64,000 nucleotides of DNA, taken from IMG/VR virus record IMGVR_UViG_3300031673_000018, one strand, 5' to 3'. Positions 8,361 through 17,111 of the stretch are shown piece after piece (within the stretch, counting starts at the first letter, position 1; every line of letters starts with the position of its first letter). The notes beneath the pieces were generated by a model that had not been told where the DNA came from, ran no database searches, and saw nothing but the letters and a program-made list of their open reading frames with translations. The stretch comes from an uncultured virus (IMG/VR IMGVR_UViG_3300031673_000018). Its lineage: Duplodnaviria; Heunggongvirae; Uroviricota; Caudoviricetes. The translations under genes were made by a program, and so were the position numbers.

Positions 8361-11300
8361 TAGCTGGAGACCTCCGAGATTATTGTATCATCTATAGTCG
8401 CGTCCCATGATTCGATTCTTACATCACCACCTACACCCGAATTTGGAGTCCATGTATACGTGAAGAATGTTCTCCATATTTCCATGGAAGCATTCCACAT
8501 CTGTCCACAGCAAACTAATTCATCATCATTAAGAGCCCAGAAAATCCGGATATGTTTTTTCTCTCCAACATTGATCGCAGTTGTCCATGATTCTCTCGTT
8601 ATGTCAGTACCTGAAATGGTTTCTATTAGCTTTGAAACCCTTGATCTGGGGTTTATTCTAACTTTACAATGATTATCGGAATCTTGGTACCTGAAAAATA
8701 TATCAATATAATTTTCTCTGGCGGTAGTATATTCCACCTTGGAATCTTCACATCTACCCTGATCATATGCCCTTAATTCTGGCCAATCATCTCGATTGAT
8801 CCTAATCCATGTTTTAATGGATCCTTCTATGAGAGTTTTTGATGTATTGAGAGTTACCGCCGGTTTGATTTCGTAGATATTTTGGTAGTTTCTCTTACTC
8901 CAGTCTCTTAATCTGAGGCTTCCTCCTCCATCAACAAGTGGATCATCAGTGTCTATTTCCCAATAATTATTACCTCTAAATGACCATTTTCCCACTGAAT
9001 TCTCTGGAATATATTGTAGCATAATTCTCGGCCTTCTGGTATCAGAGGATCTTCTTGAATAGAATCTGGGGGTATTCGCGTTGACCCTATTTGAGCATCT
9101 AGCATCCCATCCATTACACGTCATCTCGCCTCTTATTCCGATTCCATTATTCTTGAAATCTCCATTAACCCATCCTTCTAGTAGTTCAGTGATTTCGAAC
9201 ATATCCCATTCATTATTTTCGGCGGTGAGTCCATAGTACACTTCAGGTGAATTATTTACGAAGGCCGATAAACCCATATATGGTTGGCCACCCCCCATTG
9301 AGAGGTTATTACGTCCCGAATTATCCCATTTAAGCGCAGACTCGGACCATATATTGCCTTTAAGTGGTCCATAATCGCAGCCACCGATTTTGATGGCAGG
9401 ATTCCAGTATTGGTAGGTCTCTGGTACTTCTTCGCATGAAGCTATTCTTCTCAGACCCATGAGCTGGTGGCAGTTGCTACCGTAGTATCTGAACCATTCA
9501 AACCGTGCATAACCGAGCCGATCCAAGCTAGGGATTCCTACATTGAATCGAATAAAGGATTCCTCATCATCTAGGTTCACATATTTATCAAAGCAATCTC
9601 CTGGATAGACATAATCATAGTAACTGGCTTTTAGATAGTCGACTGTTCCATAATTGATATCAGCTAGAGTCCACCCTCCTTCTGCGAAGTGCCTGGCGAA
9701 TCGAAGCCTTATATGAGTATCAGCGACGACGCTAGTAATGTAGCTCCGTTCATCCCAATCCCAGGGCTCATATACCAGTTCCTCATAATCCCGCTCTCCA
9801 ACACAGGGTGGCGCATCATATATGGGATCCTCCTTTCTCCATCCGAATCGGATTTCCTTATACTGGCCGGCGCCGTGGCTTGAAACGGCTTTGACAGAGA
9901 TTCTTCCCGTGGGTGTGCCTGACTCTGTCTGCAGCGGCGCCGGGGATCCTATGAAGCCGCGGCCTATATTCTCGACGTCATTCAGCAGCTCGGGCATATT
10001 GTAACCGATTAGATTATACATATCCTGAAGTGTGGACCTGATCCTGAAAACTGCGAGCAAGTTCTCAGCCTCCTGTTTGACGGTGAAAACAGCTTTAAGT
10101 TCTTCATTGAGCATCAACCCTATCTCGAGCTCGGCCTTCAGAGCATTTGATGTGCTCCGCTTTGGCGTGAACTTCGCGTAAAGATCAGCTATGGCCTGAG
10201 ATTCGAACTTCGCGTAGAGATCCCTGGTGCCTTGTTTAACTATGAAAATGGCCTTCAACAATGTACAGTGTTGAGCCTCGAACTTCGCGTAGAGATCCCT
10301 GACTACTTGGGCCTCGAACTTCGCGTAGAGATCCCCGTGGTTTTGGCCAACATCGAAGACGCCTTTCAGTTCCGCACTGTCCTGCCCTACGTGGAAGAAC
10401 CCGTGAAGGGTTTCGCTGTCTTGCCCTACATGGAAGACTGCCAGCAAGGTTTCGGCCGTCACCCTGAAGACGCCCTTCAACTCCGCGGTGCCGGCTCCTC
10501 TCACCCGGAGCTTGCTGAACAGGTTCGCGTAGGGCTTGTAGAGGCTGAAAGTGCATTTTATGTTAGCTTCTGGATAGCCTGATGAATGCCTTACAATCAG
10601 TTTCGCATAGAGGTCTTTAACCGCCTGAGCCTCAAACTTCGCGTAGAGGTCCCTCGTAGCTGTATACCTGACGGTGAAGACGCCCTTCAATGCCGCGCTC
10701 GATGCTAATCTGGTGATGAAGATGCCATTCAGGTCCTCCCACTGCGCGGTTTCGAAGATACCCTTCAGGGAAGCCGTGGCCTGGGCCTCAAACTTAGCGT
10801 AGATATCCTTAGTGTCTGTGTGCCTGACGGTGAAGACGCCTTTCAGCTGTGCCGTGGCTACAGTCTCGAATTTAGCGTAGAGATCCTTTGAGATTGTCTG
10901 TCTCACTATGAGCTGAGAATGAATATGGGTGCTGAGGGTGGTATCATCAAGCCACAGATAATTTATATTTAGGGTATGCGTCACGTTTCCGGGGCTTATA
11001 TGAATTATTTTAATTCTAAGAGTTGAGTCTCCCATTGGGGAACTGAAATACTCTGATGAGGTTATCCAACCATAGTTTTGGTCACTGGCCGCGGAAGGCA
11101 TATCCCTAATTCTGGTGGTCAGGTCCTCGTAAACCAGTGTAGTCCAGTTATATGCTTGGATTTTGACTTTATGTGCAGGATTTCCTTGATAGTATCCTTT
11201 CAACCTTAATATAGGTCCGGCTATACACGCGCAAGGAATACCTTGAAACTCGAAGACATAATCAAAACCAGGGGTTGCATTTATTTCCGAAAGAATCAGC

Positions 11301-11434
11301 CGATTCGCATCATCAAAATAGGTATCGGATAGGACTCCGGATATTATGCTGCCGGAATTCGCTGTCAGTTGATGCGCCCAATAATAGGGTATGACGAAGA
11401 ACTCTGAAATCAAGTTTACCGAGCCGTCTGCCAA
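8360..11434 (-). CDS. Large fibre/adhesin protein: beta-repeat shaft plus DNRLRE/CBM96-like domain
   Basis: DLYAKFEAQ and LKGVFTVR repeats; ESFIRFN...W..FEITELLEGWVNG..KNNGIGIR...FYSR...RPRIMLQY pattern. Confidence 0.65.
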   Translation of the reverse strand: MADGSVNLISEFFVIPYYWAHQLTANSGSIISGVLSDTYFDDANRLILSEINATPGFDYVFEFQGIPCACIAGPILRLKGYYQGNPAHKVKIQAYNWTTLVYEDLTTRIRDMPSAASDQNYGWITSSEYFSSPMGDSTLRIKIIHISPGNVTHTLNINYLWLDDTTLSTHIHSQLIVRQTISKDLYAKFETVATAQLKGVFTVRHTDTKDIYAKFEAQATASLKGIFETAQWEDLNGIFITRLASSAALKGVFTVRYTATRDLYAKFEAQAVKDLYAKLIVRHSSGYPEANIKCTFSLYKPYANLFSKLRVRGAGTAELKGVFRVTAETLLAVFHVGQDSETLHGFFHVGQDSAELKGVFDVGQNHGDLYAKFEAQVVRDLYAKFEAQHCTLLKAIFIVKQGTRDLYAKFESQAIADLYAKFTPKRSTSNALKAELEIGLMLNEELKAVFTVKQEAENLLAVFRIRSTLQDMYNLIGYNMPELLNDVENIGRGFIGSPAPLQTESGTPTGRISVKAVSSHGAGQYKEIRFGWRKEDPIYDAPPCVGERDYEELVYEPWDWDERSYITSVVADTHIRLRFARHFAEGGWTLADINYGTVDYLKASYYDYVYPGDCFDKYVNLDDEESFIRFNVGIPSLDRLGYARFEWFRYYGSNCHQLMGLRRIASCEEVPETYQYWNPAIKIGGCDYGPLKGNIWSESALKWDNSGRNNLSMGGGQPYMGLSAFVNNSPEVYYGLTAENNEWDMFEITELLEGWVNGDFKNNGIGIRGEMTCNGWDARCSNRVNANTPRFYSRRSSDTRRPRIMLQYIPENSVGKWSFRGNNYWEIDTDDPLVDGGGSLRLRDWSKRNYQNIYEIKPAVTLNTSKTLIEGSIKTWIRINRDDWPELRAYDQGRCEDSKVEYTTARENYIDIFFRYQDSDNHCKVRINPRSRVSKLIETISGTDITRESWTTAINVGEKKHIRIFWALNDDELVCCGQMWNASMEIWRTFFTYTWTPNSGVGGDVRIESWDATIDDTIISEVSS

Positions 11435-11523
11435 GCCGATACTCCCTCAATTATTGATAATAATAAGCTTCTAGGATTATAATTGTTTTATATGCCGTCA
11501 CAGTTTATTTTACTGAGAGAGCC

Positions 11524-11883
11524 TTGGTGCTGAAGGAAAAAGCCTATCGTGGAACCCGACGATTGTTCGAGGTCATCATCACAGATTTAGATGGGAACCC
11601 TCAGGACCCAGATTCATGCCAAGTCATCTTCCAGAAAATAGGGGAATACTCTTATGACTCGCCTCGAGGGCCATTCACATGCGCCAAGACTGGAAGCACT
11701 GGATACTGGGGATACCACTGGAGTATACCGGATTCAATAACGTTGGGTGACTGGGTTGCAAGGTTCGAATGGAGCGTATTGGACGCCCCCGGGGATACGG
11801 AGATGTTCTTCACCCTCAGGGATTATATCAGGCCTTATCTCAACCAGCCTAATCTTCCCGCTGGCTCGGAGGTGATTGGATGA
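11524..11883 (+). CDS. Small Ig-like virion structural protein
   Basis: GT...EVIITD.DGNPQDPD...GYW.YHW.IP...GDW pattern common in tailed-virus structural modules. Confidence 0.5.
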   Translation: MVLKEKAYRGTRRLFEVIITDLDGNPQDPDSCQVIFQKIGEYSYDSPRGPFTCAKTGSTGYWGYHWSIPDSITLGDWVARFEWSVLDAPGDTEMFFTLRDYIRPYLNQPNLPAGSEVIG

Positions 11884-13598
11884 GCTTACTCGATGGCTCA
11901 GCTGGTCTAAAGGGCATCTACACTGTCAAGCAGTGGTATGCAAACCTTAAGGGAGTCTTCGTTGTAGGGCAGGGCAGCGAGGACCTCTATGCGAAGTTCG
12001 AGGCTCAGGCTGTTAAGGACCTCTACGCGAAGTTCGAGACTGTAGCCACAGCACAGCTGAAAGGGATTCTTACCGTCAGGAATGCCTCGAGCGCGGCATT
12101 GAAAGGCATCCTCATCGTCCAGCAATCCTCGAGCGTGGGGTTAAAGGGAGTTTTCATCGTCCAGCAATCCTCGAGTGCGAACCTGAAGGGAGTTTTCATC
12201 GTCCAGCAATCCTCGAGCGTTGGGTTGAAGGGCATCTTCATCGTTCAGCAGGCAGCTACCAAAGACCTCTATGGGAAGCTCGTGGTCAGGCACACAGACA
12301 CCAAGGATCTATACGCGAAATTTGAGCTTGCCCAGTGGGAGGATCTGAAGGGCATCCTCATCGCCAGGCAGGCAGCTACCAAAGACCTCTATGGAAAGTT
12401 CGTGGTCAGACACACAGCGACCAAGAATCTCTACGCGAAGTTCAAAGCAGCTATCATATTCTCGGGAATACCTAGAAACCTTTTCTCAAAATTCTTTGTC
12501 GGAGTTGATGCGTCTAGGGATCTACATGCCGAATTCAATATCACAGAAGAAGTAGGTTTGCCCGCAGAATTCATCGTCAGACATACGGCTATACTAGACC
12601 TTTTCGCCGACTTCAGGGTTGTGACTTTCTTTAACGAAGGCTGGGCAGTGTTGCCCGGAGTCTTCACCGTCATACATACGGATACTAGGGATCTCTACGC
12701 GAAGTTCACTACTCAGGCGATCAGGGATCTCTACGCTAAATTCGAGGCACAGGTTACCAAGGACCTCTACGCCAAATTCGAGGCACAGGCTGTCAAGGAC
12801 CTCTACGCGAAGTTCGAGACTGTAGCCACGGCACAGCTGAAGGGAGTCTTCACAGTCAGGCACACAGACACTAAGAACTTACATGCCTTCTTCCACGCAG
12901 GCCAAGACAGCGTGGATCTGAAGGGCATCCTCATCGCAAGGCAGTCCTCGAGCGCAGCCTTGAAGGGCACATTCATAGCTAGGCAGGCGGCCGCCGGGGA
13001 TCTACACGCCTTCTTCCACGCAGGACAGGACAGCTATGATCTGAAGGTCATCCTCATCGTCAGACATTCGACGTCAAAAGACCTTCAAGCGGATTTCTTC
13101 GTAAGATGGCCTTACAGATTATGGACAACACGCAGGTACATCAACGGAGTAATCGATTCACCAGAATCCTTAGTCGGAGATTCGACGCTTGAAATCACCA
13201 TTGAAGGCGTGATGGATGACATCAAAACCTACCTAGCTGCTAACCAGATTGAAACCTACACAGAGTGGCACTCGATAGAGGACGTCCCCATCCAGATCCG
13301 ACGCGCAGCAACATATGGAACCGTAGCCAGCCTCTACTCCAGACATACAAAAACCTTCAACTCGAGAGTAATACCCTCCGTGGCACCTGTCACAGTCACC
13401 GTTAAAGGCGATCAATGGGAGGCCATGGAGTACTGGGAGGATCGCTATGAAACCATGATGCAGCGATACCTATCCTACGTGCAGACAGGGAAACTATTCA
13501 GCAGCACCGCTGATGAGGAACCGGTATTCACTATGGAAGACATACCTCCCGCGGGAGGAGCTTCTTATCAGAACTGGCATGAGTGGGTAACAGGATGA
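11880..13598 (+). CDS. Beta-repeat fibre fused to a C-terminal head-tail adaptor-like domain
   Basis: About 400 aa of shared repeats, then a helical domain with VPIQIRRAATYGTVASLY; directly upstream of neck genes. Confidence 0.6.
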   Translation: MSLLDGSAGLKGIYTVKQWYANLKGVFVVGQGSEDLYAKFEAQAVKDLYAKFETVATAQLKGILTVRNASSAALKGILIVQQSSSVGLKGVFIVQQSSSANLKGVFIVQQSSSVGLKGIFIVQQAATKDLYGKLVVRHTDTKDLYAKFELAQWEDLKGILIARQAATKDLYGKFVVRHTATKNLYAKFKAAIIFSGIPRNLFSKFFVGVDASRDLHAEFNITEEVGLPAEFIVRHTAILDLFADFRVVTFFNEGWAVLPGVFTVIHTDTRDLYAKFTTQAIRDLYAKFEAQVTKDLYAKFEAQAVKDLYAKFETVATAQLKGVFTVRHTDTKNLHAFFHAGQDSVDLKGILIARQSSSAALKGTFIARQAAAGDLHAFFHAGQDSYDLKVILIVRHSTSKDLQADFFVRWPYRLWTTRRYINGVIDSPESLVGDSTLEITIEGVMDDIKTYLAANQIETYTEWHSIEDVPIQIRRAATYGTVASLYSRHTKTFNSRVIPSVAPVTVTVKGDQWEAMEYWEDRYETMMQRYLSYVQTGKLFSSTADEEPVFTMEDIPPAGGASYQNWHEWVTG

Positions 13599-14143
13599 GT
13601 ACACCGCATATACAAGTCACAGTTAAGGGCCTTGAAGACGTTATCATGGTTGGACATAAATTACCAGAGATCCCAGTAGATGCCATGCTTCCCCTAGTTT
13701 ACAGCCTAAGGGATATTGGTGTCGAGAAAGCTAAGGCAACTCTAGAGAAAACAGCCGTATCGGAAAAATCGACGGGGAAGACGGCTGAACTTATGACCGG
13801 GCTCATCGAGCCGATTAGCTTCCCTGATGAATGGCTCATAAGCATAGGTCCAGCCACAGGAGGGATGGGGAAAGACGCAGAATACCCTAAATTTGTGGAG
13901 CTTGGTTCAGCGTCGGGTGTCACGATTAATAGAAACGTGCAAGTTTTGCCTTATCCCCTTCGATGGGGTTTCTCAGAGCTTGGAGAATGGCGTTTTATTG
14001 GTATAAGAAAGACAGAAATCGTGGGGCATCCATGGATGGAAAATACACGTGATGCCGTAGTTAATGAAACATCGAAAATATACGGAAAAGAAATTTACAA
14101 ACTCGTCGTTGAATTAAATAAACAGCGTAATAAGGTGGAATAG
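13595..14143 (+). CDS. HK97 gp10-like neck protein
   Basis: IQVTVKGLED..TG...EYPKFVELGS...HPWM; ATG at 13595 overlaps the previous stop (ATGA). Confidence 0.65.
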   Translation: MSTPHIQVTVKGLEDVIMVGHKLPEIPVDAMLPLVYSLRDIGVEKAKATLEKTAVSEKSTGKTAELMTGLIEPISFPDEWLISIGPATGGMGKDAEYPKFVELGSASGVTINRNVQVLPYPLRWGFSELGEWRFIGIRKTEIVGHPWMENTRDAVVNETSKIYGKEIYKLVVELNKQRNKVE

Positions 14144-14578
14144 ATGAGTGCATACATTAGCCTTGAGACGCTTGTAGAAAGTATAGTACAAGCCTTCAAA
14201 GAGGAAATCAATAATGTTGATGGAATAGATCTTATCAATGAAGGCGAGATAGGTTTCCAAGGCGGTACAGAAGTCTGGGTTGTCCCAAGCCAGGCACGTC
14301 CCACAATGTCCAGCACGACGAGTATTAAATGGAGCCAAACAATCTACGTTATCCTCGCTAATTCTCAAGAAGGCGCGACGCTCTCTGAACTTAGAAAGAA
14401 AGCCTACCAAATCTATAATGAACTGGCAAAAGATCCCACCCATGGGGGGACGGCTTGGGCGACTTTTCCCCGCCTATTTCACCCCGGATACATGAGTTTC
14501 AGCCCCGAGCAGCTCTTTGTAGGGGTTTTAATGTCATATGACGCTCAGTTTTTCCAGAAATATATCAACGATTCTTAA
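14144..14578 (+). CDS. Putative tail terminator/completion protein
   Basis: Size, position before the tail tube gene and a DPTHGG motif. Confidence 0.55.
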   Translation: MSAYISLETLVESIVQAFKEEINNVDGIDLINEGEIGFQGGTEVWVVPSQARPTMSSTTSIKWSQTIYVILANSQEGATLSELRKKAYQIYNELAKDPTHGGTAWATFPRLFHPGYMSFSPEQLFVGVLMSYDAQFFQKYINDS

Positions 14579-14626
14579 TCATCTTAATATATGAATTACT
14601 CTAATTGTTAGACTGGGAGAAACAGA

Positions 14627-15418
14627 TTGGCAAGTATACAGGGAGGCTTTGACGCCACCGTATGGACTAGCGCCACAAAAACCGGAGTTGCAACAAACAT
14701 CGGAGTGGCGGCTAGAGTAAACCCTATTGTTGATCCGGGTAATATCGATGTCCCGGGAACTGGTAGGAGGGGACTCTATGATATCCTACTCGGAACAGTT
14801 GAACCAATTTTCAACCTCGATTTTAAACCGGTATCGGCATCCTTCATCGATACCTACCAGGATGGTCAGACCGTCATACCTTTCCTACACCTAAAATTCG
14901 GCACCTCTCTTGGAATCACTTTCACTAATGTCTATGTAAGCACCCTCTCAGTGGAGCAGAGAGCAGGCGACGCTTTGTCGGCAACCTCGGAGATGTGGGC
15001 AGAGCTAGGGGAAGCCTTGGCTGCAGCTTCATGGGGAGTTCCAGTGACAACTCCGTTAAGATGGCTTGACACCGTGCTAGAAATCGGGGGGACCCCTGAG
15101 ACTGAATGGCATCTATGGAGGTATGAAGTTACTAATAACCTTCAGAGGCTCCCAAACGTATCTACGAGAGGCACACGCGAAATAGTTGGTAAAAACAGGG
15201 CTGTGTCGGGGCTCATCCAGAAGGATCTCAGAGACTTCGATGAATGGACTGCCCTTATGACCGTAGCTTCGGACACAGCTAAATTCAATATCACCATTGA
15301 AATCGATGGCACCGAGGTCTTGAACAGCAACTGCAGATGGAATAGAATTGAAGCCCCCGCAGGGCCCGAGGATCTTGTCCTAAAACGTTTTCCATTCACA
15401 GCACTAGACTTAACGTAG
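14627..15418 (+). CDS. Major tail tube protein
   Basis: Own TATA box and RBS; beta-rich; YEVTNNLQR..GTR..R.VSG motif; synteny. Confidence 0.7.
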   Translation: MASIQGGFDATVWTSATKTGVATNIGVAARVNPIVDPGNIDVPGTGRRGLYDILLGTVEPIFNLDFKPVSASFIDTYQDGQTVIPFLHLKFGTSLGITFTNVYVSTLSVEQRAGDALSATSEMWAELGEALAAASWGVPVTTPLRWLDTVLEIGGTPETEWHLWRYEVTNNLQRLPNVSTRGTREIVGKNRAVSGLIQKDLRDFDEWTALMTVASDTAKFNITIEIDGTEVLNSNCRWNRIEAPAGPEDLVLKRFPFTALDLT

Positions 15419-15427
15419 GGATGAAAC

Positions 15428-15814
15428 ATGAGTAACGACATATTTGAACATGAGCGGGAAATAACCATCAGCAAAAAAGAGGCCCCATGGGCCCCTGATG
15501 AAGAACTCGGGAAATACAAACTCAAACGCTGGAGCTGGTTTAATAAGCAGAAGACACTCGCTGAATCAGCCATCGTGATCGATGAGAAAAAGGGGGACGC
15601 TATTCTAGACATAGCCGAATACTATGCTAGAATGATAAAATGCTCAGTAACACCACTCGGGGACATAGAATGGACTTTAGAAAGAGTTAAAAATCTAGAT
15701 CCCGAAATCGGCACCATCCTGAGGGATCAATGCAGGGAAATAAACGGCCTCACCTGGGAGGAAAAACGCGGTTTTTTAAAGCCCTCCGATCAGGAGAAAG
15801 CCACCCCTGGCTAA
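15428..15814 (+). CDS. Tail assembly chaperone (lambda gpG-like)
   Basis: Lies between tube and tape-measure genes; slippery site near its 3' end. Confidence 0.7.
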   Translation: MSNDIFEHEREITISKKEAPWAPDEELGKYKLKRWSWFNKQKTLAESAIVIDEKKGDAILDIAEYYARMIKCSVTPLGDIEWTLERVKNLDPEIGTILRDQCREINGLTWEEKRGFLKPSDQEKATPG

Positions 15815-15954
15815 CGCTTCTGTGGGCGTGCAAAAACCTGAATAGTTTCCCAGAGCCTTCAAAGGCGATATGGGAACAAGATCCAAAAGTTTTCGAAGCC
15901 ATGATGTATGCTGAAGCACAAGTATTAAAGGAGATAAAAGATGAGTTCAGATAA
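15772..15954 (+). CDS. -1 frameshift extension of the tail chaperone (gpGT-like)
   Basis: In-frame T_TTT_TTA at 15772-15778; the -1 frame stays open to 15954 and overlaps the tape-measure start. Confidence 0.75.
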   Translation, partial: FFKALRSGESHPWLTLLWACKNLNSFPEPSKAIWEQDPKVFEAMMYAEAQVLKEIKDEFR

Positions 15955-17107
15955 AATCCCTATCGCCGTAGATATTCAAATTCGAATAGCCCAAACCGGC
16001 TCCCTTAAAGTAATGATAAGTGATTCTCAACAGCTGAATAAAGAAATAGTGGGTATGTCAAGTGCCACTACTCAGATGGGCAAAACTTCGGGAAGCTCAA
16101 GAAGCTCTGTTAGAGGCTTGGCTTTTGATTTGAGATTAGTCTCATCGGGATTATCTGTGCTAAAAACAGAATTCGGAGGATTCAGCCCTGTAGTCGATTC
16201 TGCCATAGGCGGAATGCGCATTCTATCAGGAGCTTTAAGCGCAGGGCTTGGGACTATAAGCTTTGTCTCACGGGCAACCGAATCATTAAACAAAGAGTTT
16301 GGAGGTTTGTCCGGATTGTTGGGTTCAGCAAGCGGGGGTATGGCGAAACTTACTGCTTCGGGCGCTGCTTTTGGTGTGATTGTGGGCGCCGTCATTGGAT
16401 TATCGCTTGGTACTTGGTATGGAGAATGGAGCACCGGTATCGCTGATATGAAAAGTGATGTCAAAGACCTGAATAAAGAACTTGACGCTTATAAATTCCG
16501 TTTGCTGGGTTTGCAGGATGTGCAGGCAGGATACCGGGAAGATCAGGCGCTTCTAAATATGGTTATCCAGCAGACGGAGTACTCTATCGGACAGCAAGGA
16601 TATGCTACAGAGCTCCAATCAGCTACGTTATTAGCCGCCCAAAACCAAACAAAACGTTTAGGGGTTAGTAATGCAGTTCTCGCTTACGAGCTGGCCCAAG
16701 TCGACACAAAAGCTGGGGGAGCAACACGCCAAATAGAGAGATATGGCCTCGAGATAAAGCGTATCGAAGTCGGAGCTAAGGAAATATTACTAGGCGGTGG
16801 AAGAAGAGGCCCCGGTGGAATGCAAAGTGGAAATTTGCCCGGTGGTAAATTAGGCGGAGAGGTAGGGAGAACTGGGCCTATATGGGCTGAAGCCGGCGAA
16901 GTCATTATGCAGAAAGAGCAAATGGCTACAATGATGTCTCAAGGCGGTGGTGGAGGAGCTATCTCAGTAAGCATCAGTTTACCTGGAGCAATCATAAATT
17001 CGGGGGACGATCTAGAAGGTGCTCTAGCTCGAGGTGGAAGACGCGCCGGAAGTGAATTGATGCGGGCTCTGGATATGGATCGATACCGTATACAGCGGAG
17101 AGGGTAG
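15941..17107 (+). CDS. Tape measure protein (short)
   Basis: G/A/S-rich helical protein with hydrophobic segment and coiled coil; GGEVGRTGPIWAEAGEVIM C-terminal motif. Confidence 0.75.
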   Translation: MSSDKIPIAVDIQIRIAQTGSLKVMISDSQQLNKEIVGMSSATTQMGKTSGSSRSSVRGLAFDLRLVSSGLSVLKTEFGGFSPVVDSAIGGMRILSGALSAGLGTISFVSRATESLNKEFGGLSGLLGSASGGMAKLTASGAAFGVIVGAVIGLSLGTWYGEWSTGIADMKSDVKDLNKELDAYKFRLLGLQDVQAGYREDQALLNMVIQQTEYSIGQQGYATELQSATLLAAQNQTKRLGVSNAVLAYELAQVDTKAGGATRQIERYGLEIKRIEVGAKEILLGGGRRGPGGMQSGNLPGGKLGGEVGRTGPIWAEAGEVIMQKEQMATMMSQGGGGGAISVSISLPGAIINSGDDLEGALARGGRRAGSELMRALDMDRYRIQRRG

Positions 17108-17111
17108 ATGA

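Noticed and set aside
1..13598. Diversity-generating retroelement behind the fibre repeats
   Set aside because: No reverse transcriptase in the window; differences between copies are not adenine-specific and all copies are coding
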